64,000 bases of DNA, from NCBI GenBank assembly GCA_030632085.1, contig DAOVJY010000001.1:66125-130124 (forward strand), written 5' to 3'. A program made the position numbers and the translations under genes. This document shows positions 20,325 through 29,520 of the stretch, in pieces (positions within the stretch are counted from its first letter, which is position 1; every line of letters begins with the position of its first letter). Below the pieces are notes generated by a model that worked only from the letters and a program-made list of their open reading frames with translations, had not been told where the DNA came from and ran no database searches. Source of the DNA: Candidatus Omnitrophota bacterium (lineage in GTDB: Bacteria; Omnitrophota; Gorgyraeia; JAGLLT01).

Positions 20325-20811
20325 TTATTTTCTCCAGATATCTAACATCAGAATAATCCTGCATTCTTCCGGTCTTTTCTTTCATTTTTATCAAATTTTT
20401 CACTCCTACTACTGGAATTATCGAATTAGCCAACTTAACTTTTTTTACATTTTTTATAGCCTTATCATAATCTACCGGAGAATCAATAACGATATCAATT
20501 TCTTTAACTATTGCTTTAGGATTTATAAGGCAAAATGCTTTCATGTTCTTATTTTTTATCCAGTCATCTCTTTTTTCTTTTATTGCAAAATCCATAATTT
20601 CGACAGGAACCTTCGGCTTAAAACCCCATAACTTAAATAAATTTAGTAATTTCTTTAAGTTATTATCATCCATTTTAACAAGGATGTCTATATCATAAGT
20701 CATACGGGGTATTCCCAATAAATTCACAGCAATACCGCCGCAAATAATATATTTGATTTTCTTTTTATTAAACTCTTTAAATATTCCTAGATAATCAAGG
20801 TCATTAATCAT
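20317..20811 (-). CDS. Nucleotidyltransferase-family protein (DUF6036-like)
   Basis: GGIAV...G.PR.T.DIDI; LI.MK...GR.QD..D. Confidence 0.85.
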   Translation of the reverse strand: MINDLDYLGIFKEFNKKKIKYIICGGIAVNLLGIPRMTYDIDILVKMDDNNLKKLLNLFKLWGFKPKVPVEIMDFAIKEKRDDWIKNKNMKAFCLINPKAIVKEIDIVIDSPVDYDKAIKNVKKVKLANSIIPVVGVKNLIKMKEKTGRMQDYSDVRYLEKINE

Positions 20812-20962
20812 TTTTTTATGTCTACCTTCAAGTTAGTATAAGTATATCTTATATCTTAATGTCAGTCAAGACGATTGCTATCAAATTAGCTCAGATTGAA
20901 TGCCGCCCGAACAGAAACCTCTATACTCTACCATACTTATCTACAGGCAAAAGACTTACTAA

Positions 20963-21274
20963 CTAAAGCGCTAAGGCAAATTTAATTGCTTCATTAATAG
21001 AATTCATCTTTTCCTGCCTTAGTAGACATATACGTTCCTTAAGAATTGATTTTCGTATAGTAGTAATTGTATCAAGATTCACTACGCATTTTTGAGGTAA
21101 TCCATCTCGTCTATCTAAGGGCACTTCTGTAGGGATATTATGTATAGTTGTAGTTACCTGCGCTATAGTTGCAGCATTACGGACATTATAAGCTTCATCG
21201 CAAGAAAGCAGAATGACAGGCCGTCTACCAATTGGCGCAGGTTGATCTGCCCACCAAATTTCTCCTCGTCTCAT
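20963..21274 (-). CDS. MazF/PemK-family endoribonuclease toxin
   Basis: RGEIWWA, RRPVILLS, VTT. Confidence 0.9.
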   Translation of the reverse strand: MRRGEIWWADQPAPIGRRPVILLSCDEAYNVRNAATIAQVTTTIHNIPTEVPLDRRDGLPQKCVVNLDTITTIRKSILKERICLLRQEKMNSINEAIKFALAL

Positions 21275-21534
21275 TTTAAACCCTCCTCCTGAAATGCCTC
21301 TGCTGCAGCTCTTTCCATTGCTCTTGTCTCTTGCATGGATTCAGGTTTTTTCTTATAACCTGCTTCATATCTTCTAATCATTTTGTCAATATTTTTCCGC
21401 TTAAGCCAGAAACGGATAGCTTGATCAATAATAGCACTGCGGGCAAGGCCGGTTTTCTTGCGAATTTTCTCTATCTCTATATAGTCTTTTTTCGGTAAAC
21501 TAATAGCTATTTTAAATGAATTTTGCATTTGCAA
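21271..21534 (-). CDS. RHH antitoxin (MazE/CopG-like)
   Basis: KIAISLP...RSAII..AI; Y..GY; 4-nt overlap with the toxin. Confidence 0.85.
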   Translation of the reverse strand: MQMQNSFKIAISLPKKDYIEIEKIRKKTGLARSAIIDQAIRFWLKRKNIDKMIRRYEAGYKKKPESMQETRAMERAAAEAFQEEGLK

Positions 21535-21541
21535 TTACCTC

Positions 21542-21578
21542 CATACTTTAGTATGACTATTTTCATACTATTTGTCAA
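21542..21578 (-). promoter_or_regulatory. mazEF promoter/operator
   Basis: TTGACA-N17-CATACT overlapped by the AGTATGA-N6-TCATACT palindrome. Confidence 0.7.
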
Positions 21579-21613
21579 GTAAAAATCTTAAATTAAAACT
21601 CGAATAATTGGAT

Positions 21614-21640
21614 TTTGTTCGAGGCGAAACCTCGAACAAA
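21614..21640. repeat. REP-like palindrome, TGTTCGAGG-N-CCTCGAACA family
   Basis: tttgttcgaggcgaaacctcgaacaaa; second copy at 59421. Confidence 0.85.
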
Positions 21641-21657
21641 TTGGAAGATTAAAAAAA

Positions 21658-21732
21658 CTATTTTTTTGAGGATTTTCTTTTAAGTCCCGCGACACCAAAT
21701 AAACCTGTCGCTAAACTACCTAATAAAATCAT
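21658..21732 (-). pseudogene. Orphan PEP-CTERM C-terminal tail remnant
   Basis: MILLGSLATGLFGVAGLKRKSSKK* resembles the TM+basic tails of neighbouring PEP-CTERM genes; rest of gene absent. Confidence 0.7.
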
Positions 21733-21761
21733 GTGAACACCATCGCAAAATCAAGTCAAGC

Positions 21762-21796
21762 GAAATAAATTGTGATTCTAGGGGAATATAATGCTT
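21762..21796. repeat. 35-bp exact repeat in PEP-CTERM upstream regions (copy 1)
   Basis: gaaataaattgtgattctaggggaatataatgctt, also at 23776-23810. Confidence 0.9.
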
Positions 21797-21968
21797 TAGA
21801 TTATTATTCTTTTGCGGCTTTTTATCGGAAGGAACCCTACTGCTGAACATAAACGCGCATATTCTGAACCTATACCCTGATACCCTTATGGTGCACTAGC
21901 GGGCAAGGCAACTAATCCTTAACTTGTTTTTAATCTGATATTCGCAGGCGCCTCAGAATTATCTTCTC

Positions 21969-22649
21969 TTAAGTAATCTTTCCATTCTTTTTCTTCTTGC
22001 AGGTAACTCCAAAAAGGCCAACTAATCCCGTTCCCAAAAGCATTAGCGAAGACGGCTCGGGCACCGGTTGATAATCTACATAAACATTATCAATGTAAAC
22101 CTCAGCCGTAGAAAACTGCATCGCCGGCGCTGTAGCCCATAACACCATTTCAAAAGATTTTGTTTCAAGAGGCACATAAGCATTTTTAAAATAATGCGTC
22201 CAATCAATATTTTCTTCTATCGGAACATCAAATATCATTACGGTGCTAATGAATTCCGCGAGGTCTGCGGGTATCTCTGCTGAATAAAAATCTATCTTAG
22301 CATTAACGGTCGCGTAGTAGTCAACATTTTCAGTCTTTACGTCAAGATCAACATAAAGGAGTTCCTCCGGCCGAATATCAGAATTTACAAGCTGATAATA
22401 ACCGCAAAACTGTGAATAATCGACCTGCCAGCTAACGTCAAAGTAAAAATATCCCGCCCAGCTTGAATCGTATCCCGGGCTTACAACATTATGGGTGAAA
22501 TTCAAAGAAGGAGACGTAAAGGTATACCAACCCGTCTCGTCGCCTGTCTCAAAATCACCGTTTATAAGAAGATTAGCCTCAACAAAACCCGCTATGGCCA
22601 TAAGTATAACCACAGCCAGTATTAAACTTAAAAAAAATGTTTTTCTCAC
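21969..22649 (-). CDS. PEP-CTERM protein with CBM-like beta-sandwich
   Basis: Signal peptide, NLLINGDFE, YIDNV, VPEPSS+TM+KKKK. Confidence 0.9.
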   Translation of the reverse strand: MRKTFFLSLILAVVILMAIAGFVEANLLINGDFETGDETGWYTFTSPSLNFTHNVVSPGYDSSWAGYFYFDVSWQVDYSQFCGYYQLVNSDIRPEELLYVDLDVKTENVDYYATVNAKIDFYSAEIPADLAEFISTVMIFDVPIEENIDWTHYFKNAYVPLETKSFEMVLWATAPAMQFSTAEVYIDNVYVDYQPVPEPSSLMLLGTGLVGLFGVTCKKKKNGKIT

Positions 22650-22841
22650 TCTTGTAACCCCTTTTCAATACCAGTTTATTGTTCAAGTATTTTATTTGCA
22701 TACTACTTAATATACCAGCTGTTAAGAAAAAATCAAGAGTGTAAATTTGCCTTTCTTGGGGATTTATTTGCTTAAAATACGCAGCATTAAGACAGGTTGT
22801 CTTTTGCTTAAACGTTGTTTCTTCGCGTAGTTACAAAGTTG

Positions 22842-23534
22842 TTATTTTTTTCTTCTAATTCCCGCGGCGCCAAATAATCCTGTAATTCCAAAAAGAAAAA
22901 GCATCATGGTGCCGGGTTCGGGAACTACTGATACGTCTGTGCTTGTCACGCTGCCTCCAATATAGACGCCGGTTAAATCTTCCACTATAAAGTATGAGTC
23001 TCCAGTTGTCGGCGGCACTCCCGGAATGCCGAGACTCGGGGCAATGACAGTACTATCGGTCAAGGCCAAGGCTGTAAAGGTCAGCGTTAGTGCATGCAGG
23101 TCAGTCTGTGGCTGCGACATCCCATGCAAATAAGCAAAACCAGGGTAAAGCTGAATCCAGGCATCCCCGTCCGCGTAAGTTGCGTTCTCGCCTGTGGAAC
23201 CTTCCCAGGCATACATAGGAATGTCATTAGTTGGACCAGACATAGCTGTAGTCCAGTCATAATCGCCATTGACTGTGCTGGCGCTGCCGTTGAAGCCGAT
23301 GTAGGCGGGATCCCATTCCAAGAGCAACTCGATGTCCGACATCGTGACCGGTGACCCATCTGATGATTTCAACCACAGTTCCAAGTCAAAGGTCTGCCCG
23401 ATATCGACAACAAACCCCGTGAGGCTTATCTTTTTCGGTGTCAGTATTACATCAACCGTAGCGGCCCGCGCGCTCACACCAAGGCCCAGCATCAGGCCTA
23501 TCGCCACTACACAAATTATTATTAATTTTTTCAT
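22842..23534 (-). CDS. PEP-CTERM protein with cohesin-like domain
   Basis: Signal peptide MKKLIII; GQTF.L, L.WDP, LTF.AL; VPEPGT+TM+RRKK; start could be 23573. Confidence 0.85.
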   Translation of the reverse strand: MKKLIIICVVAIGLMLGLGVSARAATVDVILTPKKISLTGFVVDIGQTFDLELWLKSSDGSPVTMSDIELLLEWDPAYIGFNGSASTVNGDYDWTTAMSGPTNDIPMYAWEGSTGENATYADGDAWIQLYPGFAYLHGMSQPQTDLHALTLTFTALALTDSTVIAPSLGIPGVPPTTGDSYFIVEDLTGVYIGGSVTSTDVSVVPEPGTMMLFLFGITGLFGAAGIRRKK

Positions 23535-23775
23535 TCCTTTTCCGTTGTTTTCCATTAAAGGTATTTTTTTCATGCTTCGGGGTCTCCTTCTTTTATAAAC
23601 CGTCATTATTAATAAATAAAATATTGTACTCTTTGATATCGCGTTCAGTAAACTCAATAATTAAACCGGCAAATATACAAACCGTTTTACCGATCTTTAG
23701 TTTATTTCCATATATCGCCCTTAAGAAAGGTGACAGTAAATTAAATATAACATCATCACAAAAAAAAAATCAAGA

Positions 23776-23810
23776 GAAATAAATTGTGATTCTAGGGGAA
23801 TATAATGCTT
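23776..23810. repeat. 35-bp exact repeat in PEP-CTERM upstream regions (copy 2)
   Basis: Identical to 21762-21796; flanks also similar. Confidence 0.9.
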
Positions 23811-23984
23811 CAAATTATCATTTTTGCGCCCACTTTACCGCGAAAAACCTGCTGCTAAAATCAGGCCTAAGAGACCGCAAAATATACCCGTCACCTATAA
23901 AATAATCAAGAAGGTTATTTTGCTTTTCTATGAGATTTTTTTGTTGCTATTTATTCTTGATTATTCTTACGCTACAGTCTTTCA

Positions 23985-25051
23985 TTAATATGGCTCCTTA
24001 TAAAATAATACGGTAATAATCGTTCTAAATAGTATCTTTATATCAAGCCAGAGTGACTGCTCATACATATAAGCAATATCAAGGCTGGTTTTTTCTTTTG
24101 AGAGGGTTTAGCCCCCGCCTCTGACTCCGGAGGCCTGGGCTAAACCCGTTAAACCGGGCCTTAAATAGAGCCTTCTTTTGTCCCAGTGTGAATAATCCTG
24201 CAGGAATTCATAAGTGTCCGGCCTGGGCACAACTAAAGACATATCACCTAATAAAACATTAATCAATTGAGGCAGTTCATCTATAGACGTCCGCCTTAGA
24301 AAGGCCCCTGTTTTAGTAATCCGCTGATCATTTTTAGCGGTCATTGAATGGCCCTTACCGGCATCAGTCTTCATAGTCCTGAATTTAAACATCATAAAAG
24401 GTTCGGCAAACCGCCCCATTCTTTTTTGAATAAAAAGTACCGGCCCTTTGGATTCTCTTTTTATAGCGATGGCTACCCCCCAGAAATAAGGGTGATAAAA
24501 TTATTAATCCAAAGAATGAACTGATGACATCCATGTCCCGCTTACCTACGGCTTCCTAGCCGGCCATAGCGATACTCCTGGTGCCGATAACGGGAACGCT
24601 TCCTATCTCATCAAACTCTAAACATCCCGGAGCGACTTCATATAAACTCGGAACAATCTTGACATCCACGCCTTCGATTGAAAGTTTTTCAAAAATACTA
24701 TTTAATATTCTCTTTGAAGGTAATCGGCCGGTTAAAACCACATAGGTAGCTCCCTCTTCTTTTACAATTTTAATCAGGTCTTCGGCTTTTCCTAAAATAC
24801 CTTTTTCAGATAACGCCGCCGCTTTTTCCTTGTCCTCGTCTGAAAGTTCATCATCACCTCCGACGACAAAACCGCTTAACTTATAAAGCATCTCAGGTGA
24901 TTTCTTATAGTCTATCGCCAGGCGCCTGGCCGAATAAACTCAACCGGCTTCTTAAAATATAGGCTAAGCTATAAGTAACTGTAATTAAAATCGTATCCAT
25001 GGCTACCATGGTAAAAACAAATAATTTTCTTTTTTGAAATATTTTCTTCAT
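23985..25051 (-). pseudogene. Priming undecaprenyl-phosphate glycosylphosphotransferase (WcaJ/WbaP-like), disrupted
   Basis: KFRTM, DELPQL.NVL.GDMS.V.PRP, PGLTGLAQ; internal deletion at 24917-24930, TAG at 24556, frameshift at 24476-24481, TAA at 24108. Confidence 0.9.
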
Positions 25052-25068
25052 TTTAGTTATTCACCCGA

Positions 25069-27339
25069 TTATTTAATTAATTTATCCGTATCTACTCTGG
25101 GTGCCTGAGGCGCTAGGCCGTACATCGGATCACCTATAAAAATGAGCTTCCAGGGACTTGACCAGGAACCGGAATCTTTCCTTAAGCATTGCGAAAGAGG
25201 CCTGCCGAATAATAAGTCGGCGGTAATTTCCGAAGGTGTATTAAAAGACTGCACATAGGGCTCACTAATCGAACCAAAGTATATATAAGCGCCGTTCTTT
25301 AACCACCTGCCGGCAATGGTATTTTCATCATATGGATTAGCGGCCGAGTTTGAATGCGTATAAAGAATAATAGCCGGAACCGATTCGGGAATATCCTCTA
25401 CGCTAGCCTTTGAATTCGACAAACTCCAGTCAGCCGGGCCGCCGGACGAATTTATAAATATCATATCATAAAAATTGCCTTTTTCTTTATTTAATGTCTG
25501 CCATCTTTCTAATGTCGCTTCCCCTTTGTCCAGATTGGTCACCCTAAAAGAGGTGCTTAACAGGCTCGCCGGCACATCCGTCCTGTATTTTACCCAGTTA
25601 CCTTTATCTTCATAACTATTAAAAAATAAGATGTCCCGCGGCTGCAGGAAAATAGCGCACATGGCCTGGTATATGGACTCATTGAAATTACCCGCCAACC
25701 TGCCGACATAAGCGTTTCTTTTATTCTGCTTGTTCCTGGATAAAGCATCATCCATGGAATATCTGCCCGGGCTGGTGGTTTTTTTAAAGTCATAAGCGTA
25801 GGGAAACTCACCGGCGATAGTCAGATAATCAATGCCGTCTAAAAGCCCCTCATAAGGATAACCCCAGGAGGTAATGGTCGCCTCCACCTTATCCTTTAGA
25901 ATACGCGCCTTTACTACATTGACAACCTTCTCATTCTTACCTACAAAGGGAAGTAAATCAAAACACTGCAGCCTGGCTGACGCCAGAGCCAACCCGCCGG
26001 CCATCTCACCCGAATTAATATTAAATAGAACCATCCCTAAAGGTATATGCCCGTTAGTATCAAAGAACTCTTTTATATTATCCTTTGAATAATCGGTTTT
26101 TATTTCACTTAAAATATCTTCGCTATTCCAGCTGGTACATAAGGCGCGGTAAAGCATATTCTCATCAACATTACCCGCTATAATCACGGAACGTACTTTT
26201 TTAACCTCGGCCGGCTTAAAGGCCTCAATAAACTTATCATTTAATTTAGAGTCCTCCAGCAACACCGGATAAATTTTACGCTCATCCCATAAAGAAACAT
26301 AATAGAGATAGGTTTTAATATCAGGCACAAGATAGACAATATTTTCCACTTCTCTCACCTGATATAATTTCTGTCGCCGGGGCGGCCAGACAATCATGCT
26401 CTCAATTAAATCCCGCGCTCTATCGGCATACGTACTCTTAGGATACTTCTCTAAGATTTCAATAAACCTGTCTAAACCCTTTTTATATCTTCCTACCTGA
26501 AAATAATAAGCCGCCTGAATATCCAGGAGATAAGGTATTCTGCCGTCAAGAGGATATTTTTTTACATATTCATCTATATGATTAAAGGCCTCTTCTTGCT
26601 TTTGCTTAACTAATTCAACCCTGATTAGCTCAAATTCATAATCAGCGCCCGTAAGTTTTTCTAAAATAGATATGGCTTCATCTAACTTGCCATTTACTAT
26701 TAACTTTAAAGCCTTAATATAATCAAGCCGGCTCTGATAAACGTCTTTGTTGAGTATATCTAAATCAATCAGCCTTATGAAGCAATCCCGGGCGTCATCC
26801 AGTTTGCTTTGCTTAATCATTATATCGCCTAAATCCTTCAAGGTTTTAATTTGCTTATCAATGCTTAGTTTTTTTAAGTTACCGGGTTGGGCACGTTTCT
26901 TTAGAGTGAGCAGAGTATTTCTGTTTTCTAAGACATTGCGCGTCTTACTTATATAAACATCTACTTTCTGCAAGCCGCAAACGCGGTCAATTTCTTTAAA
27001 GTTATTGCCGGCGGAACTTAAGAAAATCAGCGTCGGATACTGGGTGATATCATACTTTTTAAGAAAATCTTTATCTAAAATTGAAACCTGCACACAGACA
27101 AAAGCATTGCATAATTTCACCATGGCCTTATCAGCCAAAGGCCCGCTTAAAAGTTCGCTTGATAATTCATCCCAGTCGGTTTTAGCCAAAATCATCATAT
27201 CCTTGTTGGCCTCAAGAGCTAACTGAGAAGCCTTATCTATCTCAAACATCCACTTAATCTCTTCAGCCGCCCGCGCCCTAAAACTCAGACAACTAAATAT
27301 TACCGCCGCTATTAAAAATACTCTTAGTATCTGTTTCAT
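25069..27339 (-). CDS. Secreted thioredoxin-like + TPR + TIGR03790-like protein
   Basis: Signal peptide; Trx-like region with YPTLIF but no CxxC; C-terminal G.ISEPY...IGDP.Y. Confidence 0.6.
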   Translation of the reverse strand: MKQILRVFLIAAVIFSCLSFRARAAEEIKWMFEIDKASQLALEANKDMMILAKTDWDELSSELLSGPLADKAMVKLCNAFVCVQVSILDKDFLKKYDITQYPTLIFLSSAGNNFKEIDRVCGLQKVDVYISKTRNVLENRNTLLTLKKRAQPGNLKKLSIDKQIKTLKDLGDIMIKQSKLDDARDCFIRLIDLDILNKDVYQSRLDYIKALKLIVNGKLDEAISILEKLTGADYEFELIRVELVKQKQEEAFNHIDEYVKKYPLDGRIPYLLDIQAAYYFQVGRYKKGLDRFIEILEKYPKSTYADRARDLIESMIVWPPRRQKLYQVREVENIVYLVPDIKTYLYYVSLWDERKIYPVLLEDSKLNDKFIEAFKPAEVKKVRSVIIAGNVDENMLYRALCTSWNSEDILSEIKTDYSKDNIKEFFDTNGHIPLGMVLFNINSGEMAGGLALASARLQCFDLLPFVGKNEKVVNVVKARILKDKVEATITSWGYPYEGLLDGIDYLTIAGEFPYAYDFKKTTSPGRYSMDDALSRNKQNKRNAYVGRLAGNFNESIYQAMCAIFLQPRDILFFNSYEDKGNWVKYRTDVPASLLSTSFRVTNLDKGEATLERWQTLNKEKGNFYDMIFINSSGGPADWSLSNSKASVEDIPESVPAIILYTHSNSAANPYDENTIAGRWLKNGAYIYFGSISEPYVQSFNTPSEITADLLFGRPLSQCLRKDSGSWSSPWKLIFIGDPMYGLAPQAPRVDTDKLIK

Positions 27340-27352
27340 CTTTAACCCTTTT

Positions 27353-28027
27353 TTAAGGAAGGTAATCCTTTAGTATTGGAATTACTAACTTAGAAAAATC
27401 CTTTTCTTTTTCTAAGGCTTCTTCTAAATCCGGACGATTAAGGCATGAAACTCTAACTATGGAAGCCCGCATTTGATTTGTCAAGACGGCACTTTTAATA
27501 ACTGCCATCTGATGTTTAAATTTATCGCTGTAAACCTCATCACCAATCTGAAACCAGAAAAGAATCATCTGCTCATTGCGATCTCTTCTAAATACCCTTT
27601 TAGCCAGTTTATATTTTTTGCCGGCAACCTCAACTACTTCTGTGCTCTTTTCTTCTATCCTCCAGCCCTGGGCCGGATAGCAGACATCCGGATTATGAGT
27701 TGAAGTCCCTTTTCTGGATGTAAAATAAGCCGCGTAAAGCTTTATTCTATTTCCCTTGCTATCTTCATACTTTCTTAAAATAAACTCTTCCGCCTTTAAG
27801 GCATCGGCCAGCCAGTCGGGGTATTCTAAATCAGGGGCTTTATAATCACCTATACTATAAGGAAAGTTATTTAAGTTAAGCCTGTTTATTTCAGGTTTTT
27901 TTGAAATTAAACCCGTCTTAACTATAAAAACAGTTATAACTAAAAGAATAACGGTTATCCAACCCGTTTTTTTACAATTAAAAATAATAAATACCTTAAA
28001 ATCAACTAAATCCCTTATCTGCTTCAA
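27353..28027 (-). CDS. epsI: EpsI-family exosortase-associated protein (start uncertain)
   Basis: FP..IG.Y, LR.Y, HNPDVCYPAQGW, FWFQ, VRVS. Confidence 0.85.
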   Translation of the reverse strand: MKQIRDLVDFKVFIIFNCKKTGWITVILLVITVFIVKTGLISKKPEINRLNLNNFPYSIGDYKAPDLEYPDWLADALKAEEFILRKYEDSKGNRIKLYAAYFTSRKGTSTHNPDVCYPAQGWRIEEKSTEVVEVAGKKYKLAKRVFRRDRNEQMILFWFQIGDEVYSDKFKHQMAVIKSAVLTNQMRASIVRVSCLNRPDLEEALEKEKDFSKLVIPILKDYLP

Positions 28028-28820
28028 TTAATTTAAGCGTGTTCTCTTTGGTAAAAACAACATTATCAGCATCATTTTCAAGAAAGTTTTCCACATCCTT
28101 ATGAATCAACTTCCAGTCTGCTTCTTTAACAACTTTGTATAAAAATTGACGCCAATTTTCACTATCAGGCAACTGCCCTTGATAATCAGTTTGCCTCAGG
28201 GCATTTACCAAAAAATCAATATTAGGTACGCCATCTTTCCAGCGTGATAAATACCAGCATAAATCAAAATAATCACGCCCTTTAGTATATCCCCTACTCA
28301 AAAGAGCATGAATCTTACCGGCTAATAAAGAAGGTAAATCATAAAACATAAATGATAAAGGGAAATACTTGTTAATAATCTGGGGCTTAAATCCCGCGCC
28401 TGAAGGCGGATTAGTATCAATATCGATTTTAATTGATAAAAGCTGTTCTTTGTAAGGACTAAGTCCGGCATCCTGCATCAACTCTTTAAACTTCACTAAA
28501 GCGTATTTAACATTTCTTTCCTCATTATATTTAATTGAAACCGCGTAACCTGCCAGGATTAATTCCTTTTTAAGCTTATTGATTGACTCGGTAAAAGAAT
28601 TATCATCGGGCTTAATTAGAGAAAAGTCTAAATCTTCAGAAAAACGGGGCAAATTATATAGAAACCTTAAAGCTGTTCCGCCTAAAAAAGCACTATTCTT
28701 AAACATCTCATCAGTATGCAGAACTCTTAGAATATAAGCCTGCAAATATTCTCTTAATGTATTTAGCTTGGCATTATACCCCTGACAAGCAGAGGCTAAT
28801 TCCAGCGCGTAGTCTTTCAT
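28002..28820 (-). CDS. AbiEii-family nucleotidyltransferase toxin
   Basis: REYLQ, FLGGTALR...PRFSEDLDFS, GK.HALL.R...KGRDYFD. Confidence 0.92.
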   Translation of the reverse strand: MKDYALELASACQGYNAKLNTLREYLQAYILRVLHTDEMFKNSAFLGGTALRFLYNLPRFSEDLDFSLIKPDDNSFTESINKLKKELILAGYAVSIKYNEERNVKYALVKFKELMQDAGLSPYKEQLLSIKIDIDTNPPSGAGFKPQIINKYFPLSFMFYDLPSLLAGKIHALLSRGYTKGRDYFDLCWYLSRWKDGVPNIDFLVNALRQTDYQGQLPDSENWRQFLYKVVKEADWKLIHKDVENFLENDADNVVFTKENTLKLIEADKGFS

Positions 28821-29455
28821 AAAACCTTTTCTTGATTTTTACTTAAAATAATATACTTTTTAATCACTTTTGCCGCCTTAATTAATTTCGGCTTCTTAAA
28901 CTTGTCTGCCATTTCAAGCAGCTTATCAAGGTTAATTTTTTCTACATTTTCCAGCCTTAACTCTTCTAAGTAAGCCCTATTTACTTTTACTTGCCTCAAG
29001 TAAATTAAATCTAATAATGCCTTCTCAGGGCAAGCCATATAACCGGTTTGCTTATTTACGGTAACTGAATCATAACCCCAGAAAAGCGTATTTTTAATAT
29101 GCCTGTAATCAAAAACACCAAGTTCATTTTTAAAAACTACGGCTCTCTTGGTGGTAATGCTCGTAAAAACGCTTACTGCTTCAGGAATAAGGTTATGAAA
29201 TTCAAGCGCCTTCTCCAAGCTGATATATGAAGGCCTCTTTAAGCACGCGGCTAAGTAAGGCTCATAAACTTCAATTTTTCTATAAGCAGATGATAATAAA
29301 TAAATTCCTCTTCGCAGCTGTAAAACCTTACCCGCTCTTTGCCAACGGCTCAACTGAACACGAATGTCATCAGGCAGAATATCTCCACCCAAGAGATTAT
29401 CAACCTCAATAACCGGTAAATCTTTAACTGTATTTACAAAATCATCCCATTTCAT
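28817..29455 (-). CDS. AbiEi-family antitoxin
   Basis: QLSRW...G....LRRG.Y, PSYISLE.AL....IPE, A.PEKALLD. Confidence 0.9.
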   Translation of the reverse strand: MKWDDFVNTVKDLPVIEVDNLLGGDILPDDIRVQLSRWQRAGKVLQLRRGIYLLSSAYRKIEVYEPYLAACLKRPSYISLEKALEFHNLIPEAVSVFTSITTKRAVVFKNELGVFDYRHIKNTLFWGYDSVTVNKQTGYMACPEKALLDLIYLRQVKVNRAYLEELRLENVEKINLDKLLEMADKFKKPKLIKAAKVIKKYIILSKNQEKVL

Positions 29456-29464
29456 ACCATTAAT

Positions 29465-29490
29465 TTATCATATTTGATAAGATAATGCAA
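29465..29490 (-). promoter_or_regulatory. abiE promoter/operator
   Basis: TTGCAT-N17-TAAATT; TTATCA-N4-TGATAA palindrome. Confidence 0.6.
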
Positions 29491-29520
29491 TAAATTAATA
29501 AAAATAATTTAATATCTTTT

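Noticed and set aside
22735-22840. Possible c-di-GMP riboswitch upstream of a PEP-CTERM gene
   Set aside because: GGCAAA is present, but the paired GNRA/receptor architecture could not be found.
24108-24558. Stop-codon reassignment suggested by in-frame TAG/TAA in the sugar transferase
   Set aside because: The same gene has a frameshift and a deletion, and TAA, TAG and TGA all terminate intact genes in the window.
27975-29520. Junction duplication around the second AbiE module
   Set aside because: Only weak AT-rich similarity between the flanks, not distinguishable from chance.
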